DNA from: Octopus sinensis
Lineage: Eukaryota
Assembly: GCF_006345805.1 (NCBI RefSeq)
Contig: NC_043000.1
Span: 30,442,001 to 30,506,000 of the forward strand
Reading direction: 5' to 3'
DNA: 64,000 bases
Part shown: positions 24,930-39,025 of the stretch, piece by piece
Layout of the letters: each line of letters opens with the position of its first letter
Position numbering within the stretch: position 1 is the stretch's first letter
Notes under the pieces: model-generated
Told to the model about the DNA's origin: nothing
Databases searched by the model: none
The model's input: the letters and a program-made list of their open reading frames with translations, nothing else
Position numbers and translations under genes: made by a program

Positions 24930-25505
24930 GCGGCGAGCTAGCAGAATCGTTAGCACGCCGGGCCAAATGCTAAACGGTATTTCGTCTGCATTACGTTGTG
25001 AGTTCAAATTCCGCCGAGGTCGACTTTGCCTTTCATTCTTTCGGGGTCGATAAACTAAGTACCAGTTACGCACTGGGGTCGATGTAATCGACTTAATACC
25101 TATGTCTGTCCTTGTTTGTCCCCTCTGTATTTAGCCCCTTGTGGGTAATAAAGAAATAGGTATTTCGTCTGCCGTTACGTTCTGAGTACAATGTACGCCG
25201 AGGTCGGCGTAATTTGCCTTTCATCCTTTCGGGGTCGATTAAATAAGTACCAGTTACGCACTGGGGTCGATATAATCGACTTAATCCGTTTGTCTGTCCT
25301 TGTTTGTCCTCTCTGTCTTTAGCTCCTTGTGGGTAGTAAAGAAATAGGTATTTCGTCTGTCGCTATGTTCTGAGGTCGACTTTACTTTTCATCCTTTCAG
25401 TGTCGATTATATAAGTACCAGTTAAGCACTGGGGTTGATGTAATCGACTTAATCCCTTGTTTGTCCCCTCTATTTTCATCCCCTTGTGGGCAATAAAGAA
25501 ATAAA
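24930..25505 (+). mobile_element. SINE family B with triplicated body
   Basis: Head GCGGCGAGCTAGCAGAATCGTTAG followed by three ~185-bp units starting GGTATTTCGTCTG (24976, 25159, 25347). Confidence 0.85.
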
Positions 25506-26050
25506 TATGTATTTACAATTAGAAGAAATTTGTATTTCTTGATCTTTTATTATTATCATTTCTTTTTGCTTTGTTTTATATAACGACGGTGGGTTTTCTG
25601 AAAAATACTTCCGATAATTCTATTAGACTAAAATACCCTCAAAAATAAAATTTTAGGTATGTTCAAAGAATACTAACAGAAATGTTATTCTCGCTATATT
25701 TTTCTGAATGCATCACAATTTAAACGTTGTTAGGAATTTACGAGTGAATTGTTTAACGCCCATATTCACATCATTACCTCGCATCTATGCGATTTCATCG
25801 AATGAAATGAAACGAATTGTTCTAACATTGACAAAATAAGACACTTTGTTCGCTGAGTAACTGGATAAACGCTAGCATGGGCGTGTGGTTAAAAAGAATC
25901 GCTATACAATCAGCGGTTTCGGTTACCGAACCTTGGACAAGTGACAACTAATGTATTTCCAGGGTAGACTAATGCATTGTGGGAGAGAGAAACAGTAACC
26001 AGAAACGTTGCGGAAGCCTGTCTTATATGTAAATTTATATATCTATATAT

Positions 26051-26091
<41 letters not shown>

Positions 26092-26852
26092 TTTCTGTGA
26101 GTCTTTGTGACTGTGATGTGTTTTCCAACCGAACACACGCTTGACAAACCGGTGCTGGTTTATTTACATCTCTGTAGATTAGCGGTCAGTTCCGCATAGA
26201 GTACAATAAGTATCAAACTTAAAGTTAAGTACAAGGTGCGATCTGCTCCACTAAACTCAAATAACTGAAAAAAGTACAGAATAATATGTGAAAGGTGAAC
26301 AAAATAAAACACTTCATTTGGTCGGTAAATTTATTGAACAGAATCAATTTTATGAAGTTATAATCCACACTAGATTCATCTGTTGAAAACATTGAACCCA
26401 CATTAGAAAATAAACGATGGCTTGATGTTAAACTTAAGAGTCGAATAAGTTTACAAAGTTCATTGGTTTTGACGTTGGTTATTCCGCTTGTCGATCTCTA
26501 TTAGCATTACAAGTATTGAAGCTAATCATTGATAGATAATTCTCTAAAATTTCTTCGTCTTGTCAACAGTTGCCTTAGCCGAGGGAGTAAAGGTCGAAAG
26601 CGTAGAACTTTTCTTTTGCAAATGAGAACATATCGAGTCTACTTCACCGCTTCTTTCAAGAATTTTATAACGTATCACATTTTATGCTTCCTTTAAGTTT
26701 CAAATGTATGACTTCTTTTTCATTTTGACCTCTGAGTTCTGTAAAGTTTTCAGTACACACATGATAATACATACATACACACACACACACACATATATAT
26801 TATATATATATATATACATGTATGTATTATATATATATGTATATATATATAA

Positions 26853-26895
<43 letters not shown>

Positions 26896-27499
26896 ATAGT
26901 ATATATATATTATATATACATATATATATATAGATGTATGTTATTTATAATATATATATATATATATATATAATATATTATATATATATATAAATACATA
27001 CATGTATATGTATGTATGTATGTTCGTATGTATGTGTGTATTTATTATGTATGTATGTATGTATGTATGTATGTATGTATGTATGTATGTATGTATGCAT
27101 GTGTGTATGTGTGTATTAGCTATACGGTATATTATACAGATCCATTCCAGTCCTAAGAATGCAATCAATGAAAATCTTGTCAGAGACATGAAGTAACTGG
27201 AAACTGACATTTTCCAAGAGTAAAAACGGACCAGGACTTCGTATGTGTTTCCTGCTATATGATACACACATAAAATAATGTAGACGATATATATTCTCGT
27301 CATAATCCTGTAATCTTCTATAATATTAGCTTAAATGAATATTAACGGAGATTGTGGTAACTCGATATAAACACCAGGATAGCTGAGCTGATGCTAATCG
27401 TAAATTTATATGCTGCTCTGTCAGCAACACAAAAATTGCTGGCTGAAATAATAGTACTGCAACTACTACTGCTGTTATACAACAACCTATACTACTACA

Positions 27500-27980
27500 G
27501 ATAATATTAATCCTTTCTATTATAGGCACAAGGCCTGAAATTTCTGAGTGGGGTATAGTAGACTATATAGCACGTATTTTATCGATTCCCGAAAGGTTGT
27601 AAAGCAATACAATTTGAACCCAGAACGTAAAGACACACTCGAAATGCCCCTCAGCATTATGCCCGGTGCGTGAATGACTCTGCCAGTGCTCAGCCTTAAC
27701 AATAATTTGTCTTAATATTCATAGCAACAACTGTAACAACAAACGCAATAACATCATCAGCAATAACGATACTCCTTTCTGTTATAGGCACAAGGCCTGA
27801 AATTTTTGGGGGGAGGGGACTAGTCGATTACATCGACCCCAGAACTTGACTGGTACTTATTTCATCGGCTCAAAAGGTTGAAAGACAAGGTCGTTCTCAG
27901 CAGAATTTGAACTCAGAACATAAAGACGGACGAAATAAGGCCAGGCATGCTAACGATTCTGCCATGTCGTCACCTCAACA
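27500..27980 (-). mobile_element. Two diverged SINE family B copies
   Basis: GGCACAAGGCCTGAAATTT..AATTTGAAC.CAGAAC units at ~27510-27700 and ~27775-27980. Confidence 0.7.
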
Positions 27981-28029
27981 ATAATCTGTCTTATATTCAT
28001 AACAACAACATCAACAACAATAATATTAA

Positions 28030-28250
28030 TAGTAATAATGTCTCTACTTATCTCACCTAACTCTGAAAGCCATCCATTTGCTCTAAGCTGTCGATTTTGG
28101 TCAGTAAACCTTTGTTCAGTAATTTCAAAGTCCCCAGTTTCCCTCCATTTGGCTATCCTTCGCTTTCCATTTCTTCTCTGTCTTGGATTACGACGGCGAA
28201 GAGGCTCACGGAGTGGACAGAAGTTATTGGCTTGCAGATGCACGTAAAGT
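28030..28250 (-). mobile_element. N-terminal fragment of an R4/Dong-like ORF
   Basis: FEITEQRFTDQNRQLRANGWLSEL resembles the TEQRLADQ..WLS motif of R4/Dong N-termini (recognised from memory). Confidence 0.45.
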
Positions 28251-28484
28251 ACATGTTAGGAAAGGCGAAGGTCATTCCAAAGATCCTGGAAGGCTTAAGT
28301 CACAGGTGGGGATTAGTTATCCGGGAATACACCCACCTGAATTTCATTATAGGAGTGAAATACAAAGAATTTCAGAATATTTGAATAATAGTAATAATGA
28401 CAATATAATAAATGTACAAAATATCGGTTAAACAACACGCAGTCAAAAGCATAACCAAAGCCCGAAACTTACTAATATATAATC

Positions 28485-29065
28485 TTTTCTACTCCAGGCA
28501 CAAGGCCCGAAATTCTTAGGGAGGGGGCCAGTCGATTAGATCGATCTCATTACGCAACTAGTACTTAATTTATCGACCTCGAAAGGATGCAAGGTAAAGT
28601 AGACCTCGGTGGAATTTGAACTCAGAACGTAGCGGCAGACGAAATACCTATTTCTTTATTACCCACAAGGGGCTAAACACAGAGAGGACAAACAAGGACA
28701 GACATACGTATTAAGTCGATTATATCGACCCCAGTGCGTAGCTGGTACTTATTTAATCGACCCCGAAAGAATGAAAGGCAAAATCGACCTCGGCGGAATT
28801 TGAACTCACAATGTAACGGCAGACGAAATACCTATTTCTTTCTTGCCCACAAGGTGCTAAACATAGAGGGGACAAACAAGGACAGACAAAGGGATTAAGT
28901 CGATTATATCGGCCCCAGTGCGTAACTGGTACTTAATTTATCGATCTCGGAAGGATGAAAGGCAAAGTCGACCTCGGCGGAATTTGAACTCAGAACGCAG
29001 CGGCGGACGAAATACCGCAAAGCATTTCGCCCGACGTGTTAACGTTTCTGCCAGCTCTCCGTCCT
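28485..29065 (-). mobile_element. SINE family B with triplicated body
   Basis: Reverse complement of the 24930-25505 architecture. Confidence 0.85.
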
Positions 29066-29249
29066 AAGGAATATATATTAAATGCACAGGATAACTATGT
29101 TACGCCCACCACACAACATATGTTGAACACTTTGTATAGACATGAAATAACAACACCAAAACAAACAATAGTACGTGCCAGATACACATAGAGCTGCGCT
29201 CAATGGCGTGAAATTAAAATAAGACGACTGAATAACAACATTAATAATA

Positions 29250-29727
29250 ATGGTTTCTAATTTTGGTAGAAGGCCAGCAATTTCGGGGCACGTTGTAAGA
29301 CGATTACATCAATCCCAGTACTTGACCGGTTTTTATTATATCGATCTCGGAAGGGTGAAAGGATAATTTGAACTAGGAGGAATTTAGCCTCAAAACGTAA
29401 AGACTGGCGGAATTCCGCTAAGCATTTTTCTCGAAGTGTTAATGTTTGTACCAGCTCATCACCTTAAAAAAAATTTTTTATGATGTTCCAAATTTTGCCA
29501 AATTTTTAATAATGTTTTCAAATTTTGCCACATTTTTAATAATAATGTTTCCAAATTTTGCCACAATTTTTCGGAGGGGAGTGAGTCGACTGGTCCTTAT
29601 TTTATCGACTCCGAAAGGATGATAGGCAAAGTCGACTTGGCAGAATTTGCACTCAGAACGTAAAGCTGGACGAATTAAAGTTAAGCATTTCGCCCGGCAT
29701 GCAAGTGATTCTGCCAACTCACCGCTT
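29250..29727 (-). mobile_element. Two diverged SINE family B copies
   Basis: AAGGCCAGCAATTT..AAGCATTT and GGCAAAGTCGAC..CAGAACGTAAAG motifs. Confidence 0.65.
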
Positions 29728-29729
29728 TA

Positions 29730-29792
<63 letters not shown>

Positions 29793-29897
29793 CAACCAAC
29801 AACAACAACAACAAACCACCACAACAACAACACAACAACAACACAACACAACAACAACAACACACAACAACAACAACAACAACAATAATAATAATAA

Positions 29898-31024
29898 TGC
29901 CCTGATGCAGTACCAGGCAGTGGCCTCATGGCTTCTGATCTTACTGATTGGAAGTGTTATCATGTACATTGTTTTGTTCTTGGTATAAAAGATGGGCTAC
30001 AGCAAATATTCTGCTCAATACCACAGATTTGCTTGTCAGTTGTTTGACCTTAACCAGTTGAGCATGTCCCTTAGTGGCTGACGATATGTGCATCTCTGAT
30101 CACGAGCAGAAGTAGTGGGGGAGCATCATAGCCATGTGTTGAGAGGATTCTTTGGGGTTTGAATAGTTCACCTCTGGAAACATGGGTGGTTCTTTCAACA
30201 ATCCTAAGCAACCCTTATTCGGGACCGTTTGAGCGGGATGGGCTACTCAACCTGAAGAAAATTCTAACTGGGCCCCACCTGCAAGGTCATGTGCTGTTTA
30301 TCTTGATATGAGATCACCATGTCGCGCACATATGGTTGTGATGCATGTGCCTGGTGTACCTTTATCAGACGGGTAGTCATGATGGGTATATTGGGCTTCG
30401 TATATTTTACCCCAGTGTCACTTTGATGGCATGAACTGCTCTCTCACTCAGTAATAATAATAATAAACTGCCCTGATGCAGTACCAGGCAGTGGCTCTCA
30501 TAGCTTCTTAGCTTAACTTATTGGAAGTGTTATCCTGTACATTGTTTTGTCTTGGTATAAAAGATGGGCTACAGCAAATATTCTGCTCAATACCACAGAT
30601 TTGCTTGTCAGTTGCTTGACCTTAACCAGTTGACCATGTCCCTTAGTGGCTGACGATAATGTGCATCTCTGATCATGAGCAGAAGTAGTGGGGGAGCATC
30701 ATAGCGTGTGTTGAGAGAAATTCTTTGAGGTTTTGATAATTCACCTTCGGAAACATGGCTGTTTCGTTCAACATTCTTAATAAATCCTTATTCAGGGACC
30801 TTTTGAGTGGGATGGGCTACTCCACCTGAAGAAAATTCTAACTGGGCTCCACCTGCAAGATCATGCGCTGTTAATCTTGATATGAGATCACCATGTCATG
30901 CACATATGGTTGTGATGCATATGCCTTGTGTACCCTTATCAGACAGGTAGTCACGATGGGTATACTGGGCTTCGTATATTTTACCCCAGTGTCACTTTAA
31001 TGGCATGCACTGCTCTCTCACTCA
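29898..31024 (+). mobile_element. Two tandem copies of the ~550-bp (TAA)n-associated element
   Basis: 29898-30450 and 30469-31024; each starts TGCCCTGATGCAGTACCAGGCAGTGG, ends CTCTCTCACTCA and is followed by (TAA)n. Confidence 0.85.
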
Positions 31025-31046
31025 ATAATAATAATTATATTAATAA

Positions 31047-31253
31047 TCTTTTGTACTCTAAGCACATGGCCTGAAATTTTGGGGAAGGGGGTGAGTCGAC
31101 TCCAGTACGCAACTGGTACTTAATTTATCGACCCTCAAGGGATGAAAGGCAATGTCGACCTCGGCGGAATTTGAAATCAGAACGTAAAGACAGAAGAAAT
31201 ACTGCTAACCATTTCGCCCGGCGTACTAACGCTTCTACTAACTCGCTGCCTTA
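31047..31253 (-). mobile_element. SINE family B
   Basis: Homologous to 38630-39025. Confidence 0.75.
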
Positions 31254-31272
31254 AATAATAATAAAAATAATG

Positions 31273-31342
<70 letters not shown>

Positions 31343-31343
31343 C

Positions 31344-31385
<42 letters not shown>

Positions 31386-32098
31386 TAGATGATGATAATG
31401 GTGGTGGCGCTAGGTTCTACAAGAATATGATTTAGAGGCAAGGTTTGTCTGTTTCGAATATTTCAATTTAAATAACGTTAGTGATTATGTATCGTGTTAC
31501 GTACTGTAGCTTATGGTTTCTTGCAAAAATTGTCAGCAAATGTAGGAAACGAATATTATGTAGTCATAGAGGCAAAAAATAAACGAAGAGAAATCTGAGG
31601 AGGCTGGCAACACATAGAAGAATCCGTTGGAAATATCAGCTTACACCGTGAACTATGCATGTATAAAGTTGTCAATATAATATGGACGCCATTTAATCGC
31701 AAATTTGTCATGAATAAATATAATACATGTGGTTTACTGTCACCTGGATAATCGTAAATCTCCAGTAGCAAGAGGTTATTCCGCTTAGGATAACATTTAT
31801 TTGCTTTTATTTGCTTACGAATGTTCTTATGTTGTGGGAAAATGTATGGTAGTCAGCTTGAGTCGTTAATCGAATCATCTCCGTTCGCTATGTAAATAGT
31901 CTTACTTCAACTGGAGAAATATTGTATGGCCAAATCTTTTCACACTTAAATATCGCTATTCACTATTGGCCTTCTTCAAACTGCTGCTGCTGCTGCTGCA
32001 TAGTGTGTATGTGTATATAGAGAGAGAATTGGATATTTAAAAAGATACTTCTACATAAACTTATGTGCATCTCTCCATCCTCTCTCTCTCTCTCTCCC

Positions 32099-32150
<52 letters not shown>

Positions 32151-32182
32151 CATATATATATATGCGTATCTATTTATCTATA

Positions 32183-32313
32183 TTCTTTTATTTGTTTCAG
32201 TCATTTGACTGCGGCCATGCTGGTGCATCGCCCTTAGTCGAGCAGATCGACCCTAGGACTTTTGTAAGCGTAGTACTTATTCTATTGGTCTCTTTTGCTG
32301 AACAGACACACAA

Positions 32314-32359
<46 letters not shown>

Positions 32360-32783
32360 GTGTGTGTGTGTGTATGTGTATATTATATATAAATGTATAT
32401 ATATATATATATACGACGGGCTTCTCTCAGTTTCCGTCTATCAACGCCACCCACAAGGCGTTGGTCGGTCCGAGGCTATGGTAGAAGACACTTGCCATGA
32501 TGCCACGCATTGGGACTGAATCCGGAACCATGTGGTTGGTTATCAAGCTACTTACCACACAGCCTCTCCCACGCCTATGTACATTTGAAACATATAGATA
32601 TTATTTTATTCTTTTATTTGTTTCAGTCATTTGACTGCGGCCAATCCGGAGCACTGCCTTTAGCCGAACAAATCGACCCCAGGATTTATTCTTTGTAATC
32701 CTAGTACTTATTCTATCGGTTTCCTAAGGGGACGTAAACACAGCAACATCGACTGTCAAGCGATGACATGCGGTACAAACAAA

Positions 32784-32790
<7 letters not shown>
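32183..32790 (-). mobile_element. SINE family C copies
   Basis: GTTTCAGTCATTTGACTGCGGCC tail twice (~32192, ~32620); head at ~32500-32577. Confidence 0.75.
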
Positions 32791-32828
<38 letters not shown>

Positions 32829-33739
32829 ACACAATATGAGAGAAAAGAAAGAAGAGAAATAGAAGACGTCCAGTCCTTAGAACGTTGCGAATAAAAGGAA
32901 AGATGGGCATGTGAGGAAAAGAAAGATGGACGATGCTTGCATGTGAGCAACGAGAGAGAGAGAAAGTGTAAGAGGGAGAGAGAGACAGATAGGAGACGGT
33001 GAAAGAGAGAAAATGAGAATTAGAGAAGGATGGGGGGAATGTATGTATATACATGTATATGTACTTATTTACACACATATATACATATATATATTCATAT
33101 ATATACATATATATCATATACTATATGTATGTATATACATACGTATGTGTACATATATTGTGTATCAAGAAATATAAATGTAAAGGGAAATGTATTAATA
33201 TATACGACCGCGTCATTTTTTACGTGTTTCTCGCGTGTCAGGTGAATCTTATTCTCCTAAAAATGGTACCTTTAAATTAATTTCAGTTGCTGTGGGAATA
33301 TCTGTTTAACTTGCAAATATCAATTTATACAAATTATCAACGCTCCATATTTAATATAACTTCACATCTTGCTGTCAACTTGATTTCTAGGAACACGCTG
33401 TACGTCTTAATATCGATTATTAAGAATTACTTCGGTAAAAAGTCTACATATATGGAGTAGAGAACGGTTGATTACATTTATAAAGTCGTGACCCCAGGAT
33501 CTTAGAAGCATCGATTCACAAAGAGGAAATTAAGTTGGTTTTAGTGCATCTGTACCCCAGACAAAAAGCGAAGAAAGTAAATACGGCAAGACTAGATAGA
33601 TTCTTATTTACCGCTCCAACATCGATAAGTAAGACGCGTATATTTTCTATAGAGCTATATCTATTGGATAATTGTGTTGAGAGAATACTTGATGTATATA
33701 TAACTTTAAAATGGTAGTAGCAACTGTTTCCAGCTTAAG

Positions 33740-34890
33740 TTCGGGTTTCGAAACTACTGTACAGTCAAACATATTCTTTTTCATATTCCACTGTCCAAAA
33801 GCCTATGGAGACCACTTGGAATGACCATTTCTATTTTTCGGTTATAAGCTCTATTCGTCTCCTTATTTAACGTCACCCAAGGAATTGACATTTTTACAAT
33901 TAAGACTATTCTGCAGAGACCTGAAATCGGAAGGAGCAATATCTAGTGAATATGGAGGGTGGGGTAACACATCCCAGCCGAGCTGCAGCAATTTTTGTCT
34001 AGTTCCCAAAGAAACGTGCGGTCTTGATTATCATGTTGGAAACGAACACCCTTCCTGTTGGCCAATTTTGAACGTTTCACTTGAATTGCTGCTTTTAACT
34101 CATCCAGTTGTGTGCTGTATTTCTCAGAATTAATTGCCTGGTTACTTGAGAGAAGCTCATAGTACAGAGTTCCTTTCCAATCCCACCAGACACAAAGCAA
34201 GACATTTTAAGGGTGAAGACCCGCTTACTCCAGGTTCACTTTCTGTGAACATTTCTCATCACCTGTCACAATTTGCTTTTAGAAAAGTGGTGTTTTCATT
34301 CCGATTATAAAGCGAGTCGGATGGAAATGCGATTCAATAGGTTCTTCTCACTCAACTCATGTGATACCCAAACATCGTAGCGATTTGTGTACCCAAACTT
34401 TACCAGGTGCTCATGAACGACGGATCTTGATAGGTTGAGGCTTTCTGCAAACTCTCGGGTTGTGCAATGTAGGTTATTCTCAGTTAATGACTTGATTTGG
34501 TCATCATCTGTAATGGATGGTCTGTCAGATCGCTCTTTATCAATAAGGCTACAATTTCCACCTCGGAACCTTGAGAACCACTTCCGTACAGTTCTTTCGG
34601 ATAAAGAAACATCACCGTAAACTGCGCATATTTCTTTGGTTGCTTGTGAGGCATTTTTCCCTTTACGGAAAAAGAAAAGCATCAAGTGCCAAAAGTGTAC
34701 TTTCTTATCTCCCGTTTTAAAGGGTTACAGAATTAGCACAGGTTATAGGAACATAAACCTTCTTCCTCGAAAAGATAGCTTAAACTGTGCTCTAAATGGA
34801 GGTGTAGTAAAATCCTATTTTACGGACTCACCCATGTAAGTCGAAAGGTAAGCTACTATAAATCGGCACAAACTTTACGGAGAACCCAAT
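33740..34890 (-). mobile_element. Decayed mariner transposon
   Basis: HTH ORF 34305-34685 with WVSHELSEKN (WVPHEL motif); 33943-34200 MLCVWWDWKG..QHDN; YSLDIAPSDF motif downstream. 5' TIR-like TATTGGGTTCTCCGTAAAG at 34890. Confidence 0.88.
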
Positions 34891-34972
34891 ATATATGCCT
34901 GGTTACTTGAGAGAAGCTCATAGTACAGAATTCCTTTCCAATCCCACCAGACACAAAGCAAGACATTTTAAG

Positions 34973-35143
34973 ACTGGATAGAATTGACATATCGGTTCTA
35001 TTCTAGCAAAACTGTCCGACGAACGGGAACGTGAAACTCAGAGTAACAGGTTTTGTTGAATTTTCTGATGCTTTAAATAAAGCATATTACTCTACCACTG
35101 GTATTTGAGTACTCTTTTTTCCACCTTTATGTGTTTACTCCGG
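34973..35143 (+). mobile_element. PLE pseudo-LTR 3' fragment (family of 62137-63180)
   Basis: Aligns with 62998-63180 and ends in (TA)n. Confidence 0.8.
35008..35054 (+). ncRNA. Minimal type-I hammerhead (U4C variant)
   Basis: AAAACTGT-CCGACGA-ACG GGAA CGT-GAAA-CTC A GAG-TA-ACAGGTTTT. Confidence 0.65.
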
Positions 35144-35146
35144 TAT

Positions 35147-35230
<84 letters not shown>

Positions 35231-36310
35231 CACATACACACACACACACACACACAAACACAGTATCTGTATGTACATGCACGATGAATATATGTGTATG
35301 TATGAAGGTAGATCGCTGAAAAATACCAGATTGTTGTTGCTGATAAGATTTTTATTTAAAAGTCAATGTTTGTAAAGAACGAAATAAGCACTTATACAGT
35401 CTTAATGATGCGGATGGATGTGGCGAGTGCCGTTCATTGATAAATACGTTGAGAAGAATGTAGAAAAACGTTACCATGGCTTCGGAAACTTTTGGCGCAT
35501 TAGCATGTGAAGTTCACCTGCCACGGTAGCATTGCTTTGGGCTGATAAGTTCAATCACAATGCTCATTTGATAACATCGTTTGTTTTTTTTTCTGATTAT
35601 TGTTCCTAAATGAACTAGAACAGTTAGTTTAGTAATAATATCTCTCACGCATGAATTATAGATGCTGTAGAAAGTTATCCAACTTCTCGTTAAAAAGGTC
35701 TCTGCGCCATTCATTACATAACGACACCTAAAGACAAAAAAAAACCTCCGTATAATCACTTCCTGTGTAAGGACGCTAACATTAGTTGGAAAGAACACGT
35801 GATTGTTACTGGTAGTGATGACTTGTTGCAACAGCGATGTACTTTGATTTCATTCAGAGCACTTCAGGAATAATGCAACCATAACGCAATAAAGAGAAGA
35901 CAAAATGGAGTTTCACCTTGATATCTGCTACGAGTGATCTCGTTTTCTCCTCACCCTCATCTCTCTCTCTCTCTTTCTCTCTCTCTCTTCTTTCTCTTTC
36001 TCTCTCTCTCTTTCTCTTTCTCTCTCTCTCTAACTCTCTCTCTCGTATGTGTTCGTGTATTTGATTTATTGGCTACGCTATACTGATGTTGGTGTAACAA
36101 ATGAAGTAGGCTGCAATGGATTTACATTTTTACATTTTACAATCTCCTACATTCCTTAACGCGTTTCTTTTACCACATTCCAAATGATCGATCGTGTTCG
36201 TTTCTCTTAGATATCATACAAATTATCAACATGCCTGCCTTGATTATCCCTCGAATATTCACTAGCAATGTGCACACAGATACGCAGACAAACCGACACA
36301 CACCTACACG

Positions 36311-36383
<73 letters not shown>

Positions 36384-36719
36384 CCTTTCCAAGTAAAACT
36401 TCCAATGACCATCATTATTCGCACAGTTGAACATCATTAGCATGCCTGCTACAATTTAATATTGATTCTTTTAACACAGACGCGGCGTCAGTGTTTTAGG
36501 ATGCGGCATCTAAACGAGTTTATCGACCTCAGTATTAAACAGGTACAACGTTTTAATGATCAGAGAACGATGGACCCTAAAGTCTACCTCGATTGTGTTT
36601 TAAATTAAAACCTACAGAAAAAGAGACGAAATTAAATACCATCTGGTATATTTACAGACACTTGTGGTTCTGCGAATCAGTGGTCTCTGTATGCTGATAT
36701 ATTAAATTACTGCCAACTG

Positions 36720-37215
36720 TGGAGCAAGCGACGCTATATGGTTACGAAGCTCGCTTTACGACAGCATAATTCTGAGTTCACTCCCACTGAAGAGCAATTT
36801 GGGGAAGTGTCTTTTGCCAAAAGCCTCACGGTGGCCTATCTGTTGTAAGACAAACTGATACAGGGGAAACTGTGTGAACGCCTGTGGTATATATATATGA
36901 AATAATATTGTTATACAAATGTATTACTTTCCAGTAAAATAAAGCCCTATAAATATTAGTGCCTTTTTGTACCACTTATCTGTTTATATGTGTGTGTGTG
37001 TGTGCGTGTGTGTTTGTGTGTGTGTATGTATGTATTTGTTATTTGTACCTGTGTTTGTCGCCCCACCATCGCTTGACAACCGATATTGGTGTGTTTACGT
37101 CCCCGTCAATCAGCGGTTCGGCAAAAAGTGACCGATAGTAAAATGACAAAGCTTACAAAAGAATAAGTCCTAGGATCGATTTGTTCGACTAAAGACGATG
37201 CTCCAGCATGACCAC
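36720..37215 (+). mobile_element. SINE family C, diverged
   Basis: GAGTTCACTCCCACTG..GGGGAAGTGTCTT and CATCGCTTGACAACCGAT..CTCCAGCATGACCACAG. Confidence 0.6.
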
Positions 37216-37259
37216 AGTGTATGTGTGTGTGTATCTGAGTACATGTACCTCTGTGTGTT

Positions 37260-37359
<100 letters not shown>

Positions 37360-38214
37360 GTTTGCGTTTGTCTTCGTTCCCCATTACTGCCTGGCAACCC
37401 GAGTCGGTTTATTTACGTAATCGTAACTTAGCAGTTCGCGAATAAAAGTCCGATAGTTCAAGTACCATACATTAGTAAAATATAAGTACGGGGGACGATT
37501 TGTTCGACGAAACCCTTTCAGTTCCAGGCTGTGCCTTAGCATGGCCGCACTTCAATGCCTGAAACATAGGAAAACAAAAGATATACTGGTGACCGTATTT
37601 CTATCCGTTCTTAATGTTACTAAATTTGTATTTCTTTTCGTTATTCTTCCTAAGAAACAGTCAAGTGGTAAAATAATGGTGTTGTTCGCGTGTCTTTTTA
37701 GACGAACATATAATTAGATAAAATCAAGGAATTAGAGAGGTCGGCCATATTAAAGGCTGATTCAAAGAAACAAAGTTGTCTTCGGCTTATAGCTATATTA
37801 AATTACAGTAATAAGGAGCTATGTAAATCTCTTAGTTAAGAAATAAAATGGCAGAACTAGAGTTGTTTAATGTCTCCTTGTTTTGCACAGACATTTGTGA
37901 TGTACGTGGTGAGAAATAGCTTTAAGTGTAATGTGCAATCAAGTTCATTCTCATAATTACCGCAAAAAGGATTAAAGTAGGATAAAAATATATAAATATA
38001 TTCAAAGATCAGCTGCTGAAAATGAAATAATGTCTGGAAACTTTATACAAGAGGAACAAACGTAGCGTTATATATATCATAATTCCGAACTCAAATACTG
38101 TGACATGGGGAACAAGAGAAAATAGACCTTAAACGCTGTGTTTTATTCATATTGTCTAATACAGAGGATCAGGTTTACAGAAAACACGATATTAGTACCA
38201 GTAATATTATATAT

Positions 38215-39025
38215 TTCTTTACTACCCACAGGGGGCTAAACACAGAGAGGACAAAAAAGGACAGACAAACGGATTAAGTCGATTACATCGACTCCAGTGC
38301 ATAACTGGTACTTGATTTATCGACCCCGAAAGGATGAAAGGCAAAGTCAACCTCGGCGGAATTCGAACTCAGAACGTAGCGGCAGACAAAGTACGGTTAC
38401 GCATTTCGCCCAGCGTGCTAACGTTTCTGCCAGCTCGCCGCCTTTACCAGTAATACCAGTAACATTATATTGTCCATCCGATCGAGTTCATACTACTCTT
38501 TATTCATTTATTCTACATCTAGTGTGAAGTTTCTTTTAATTAACCTCAAGAATGTGGGAATAATTCAACCACAGTGTTATGACTTTCTGATTTTTTATTC
38601 TTTTCAGTAATTGGACGGCGACCATAGTTTTATCTACTCAAGGCACAAGGCCCGAAATTTTGGGGGAGGGAACGAGTCGATTAGATCGACCCCAGTACGC
38701 AACTGGTACTTAATTTATGGACACCGAACGAATGAAAGGCAAAGTCGACCTTGTTGGAATTTGAGTTCAGAACGTAAAATCAGACGAAATACCTATTTCT
38801 TTACTACCCACAAGGGCCTAAACACAGAGAGGACAAACAAGGACAGACAAATGGGTTAAGTCGATTATATCGACCCCAGTGCGTAACTGGTACTTAATTT
38901 ATAGACTCCGAAAGGATGAAAGGCAAATTGACCTCGGCAGAATTTGAACTCAGAAAGTAACGGCAGACGAAATACGGCTACGCATTTCGCCCGGCGTGCA
39001 AACTTATCTGCCCGCTCGCCGCCTT
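38215..39025 (-). mobile_element. SINE family B copies (38215-38445; 38630-39025 with duplicated body)
   Basis: Conserved CTGGTACTTAATTTATCGACCCCGAAAGGATGAAAGGCAAAGTC and head motifs. Confidence 0.85.

Noticed and set aside
29898-29990. HDV-like ribozyme at the 5' end of the 550-bp element or of the Dong LINE
   Set aside because: Hairpins are visible, but I could not assign the nested double pseudoknot by eye.
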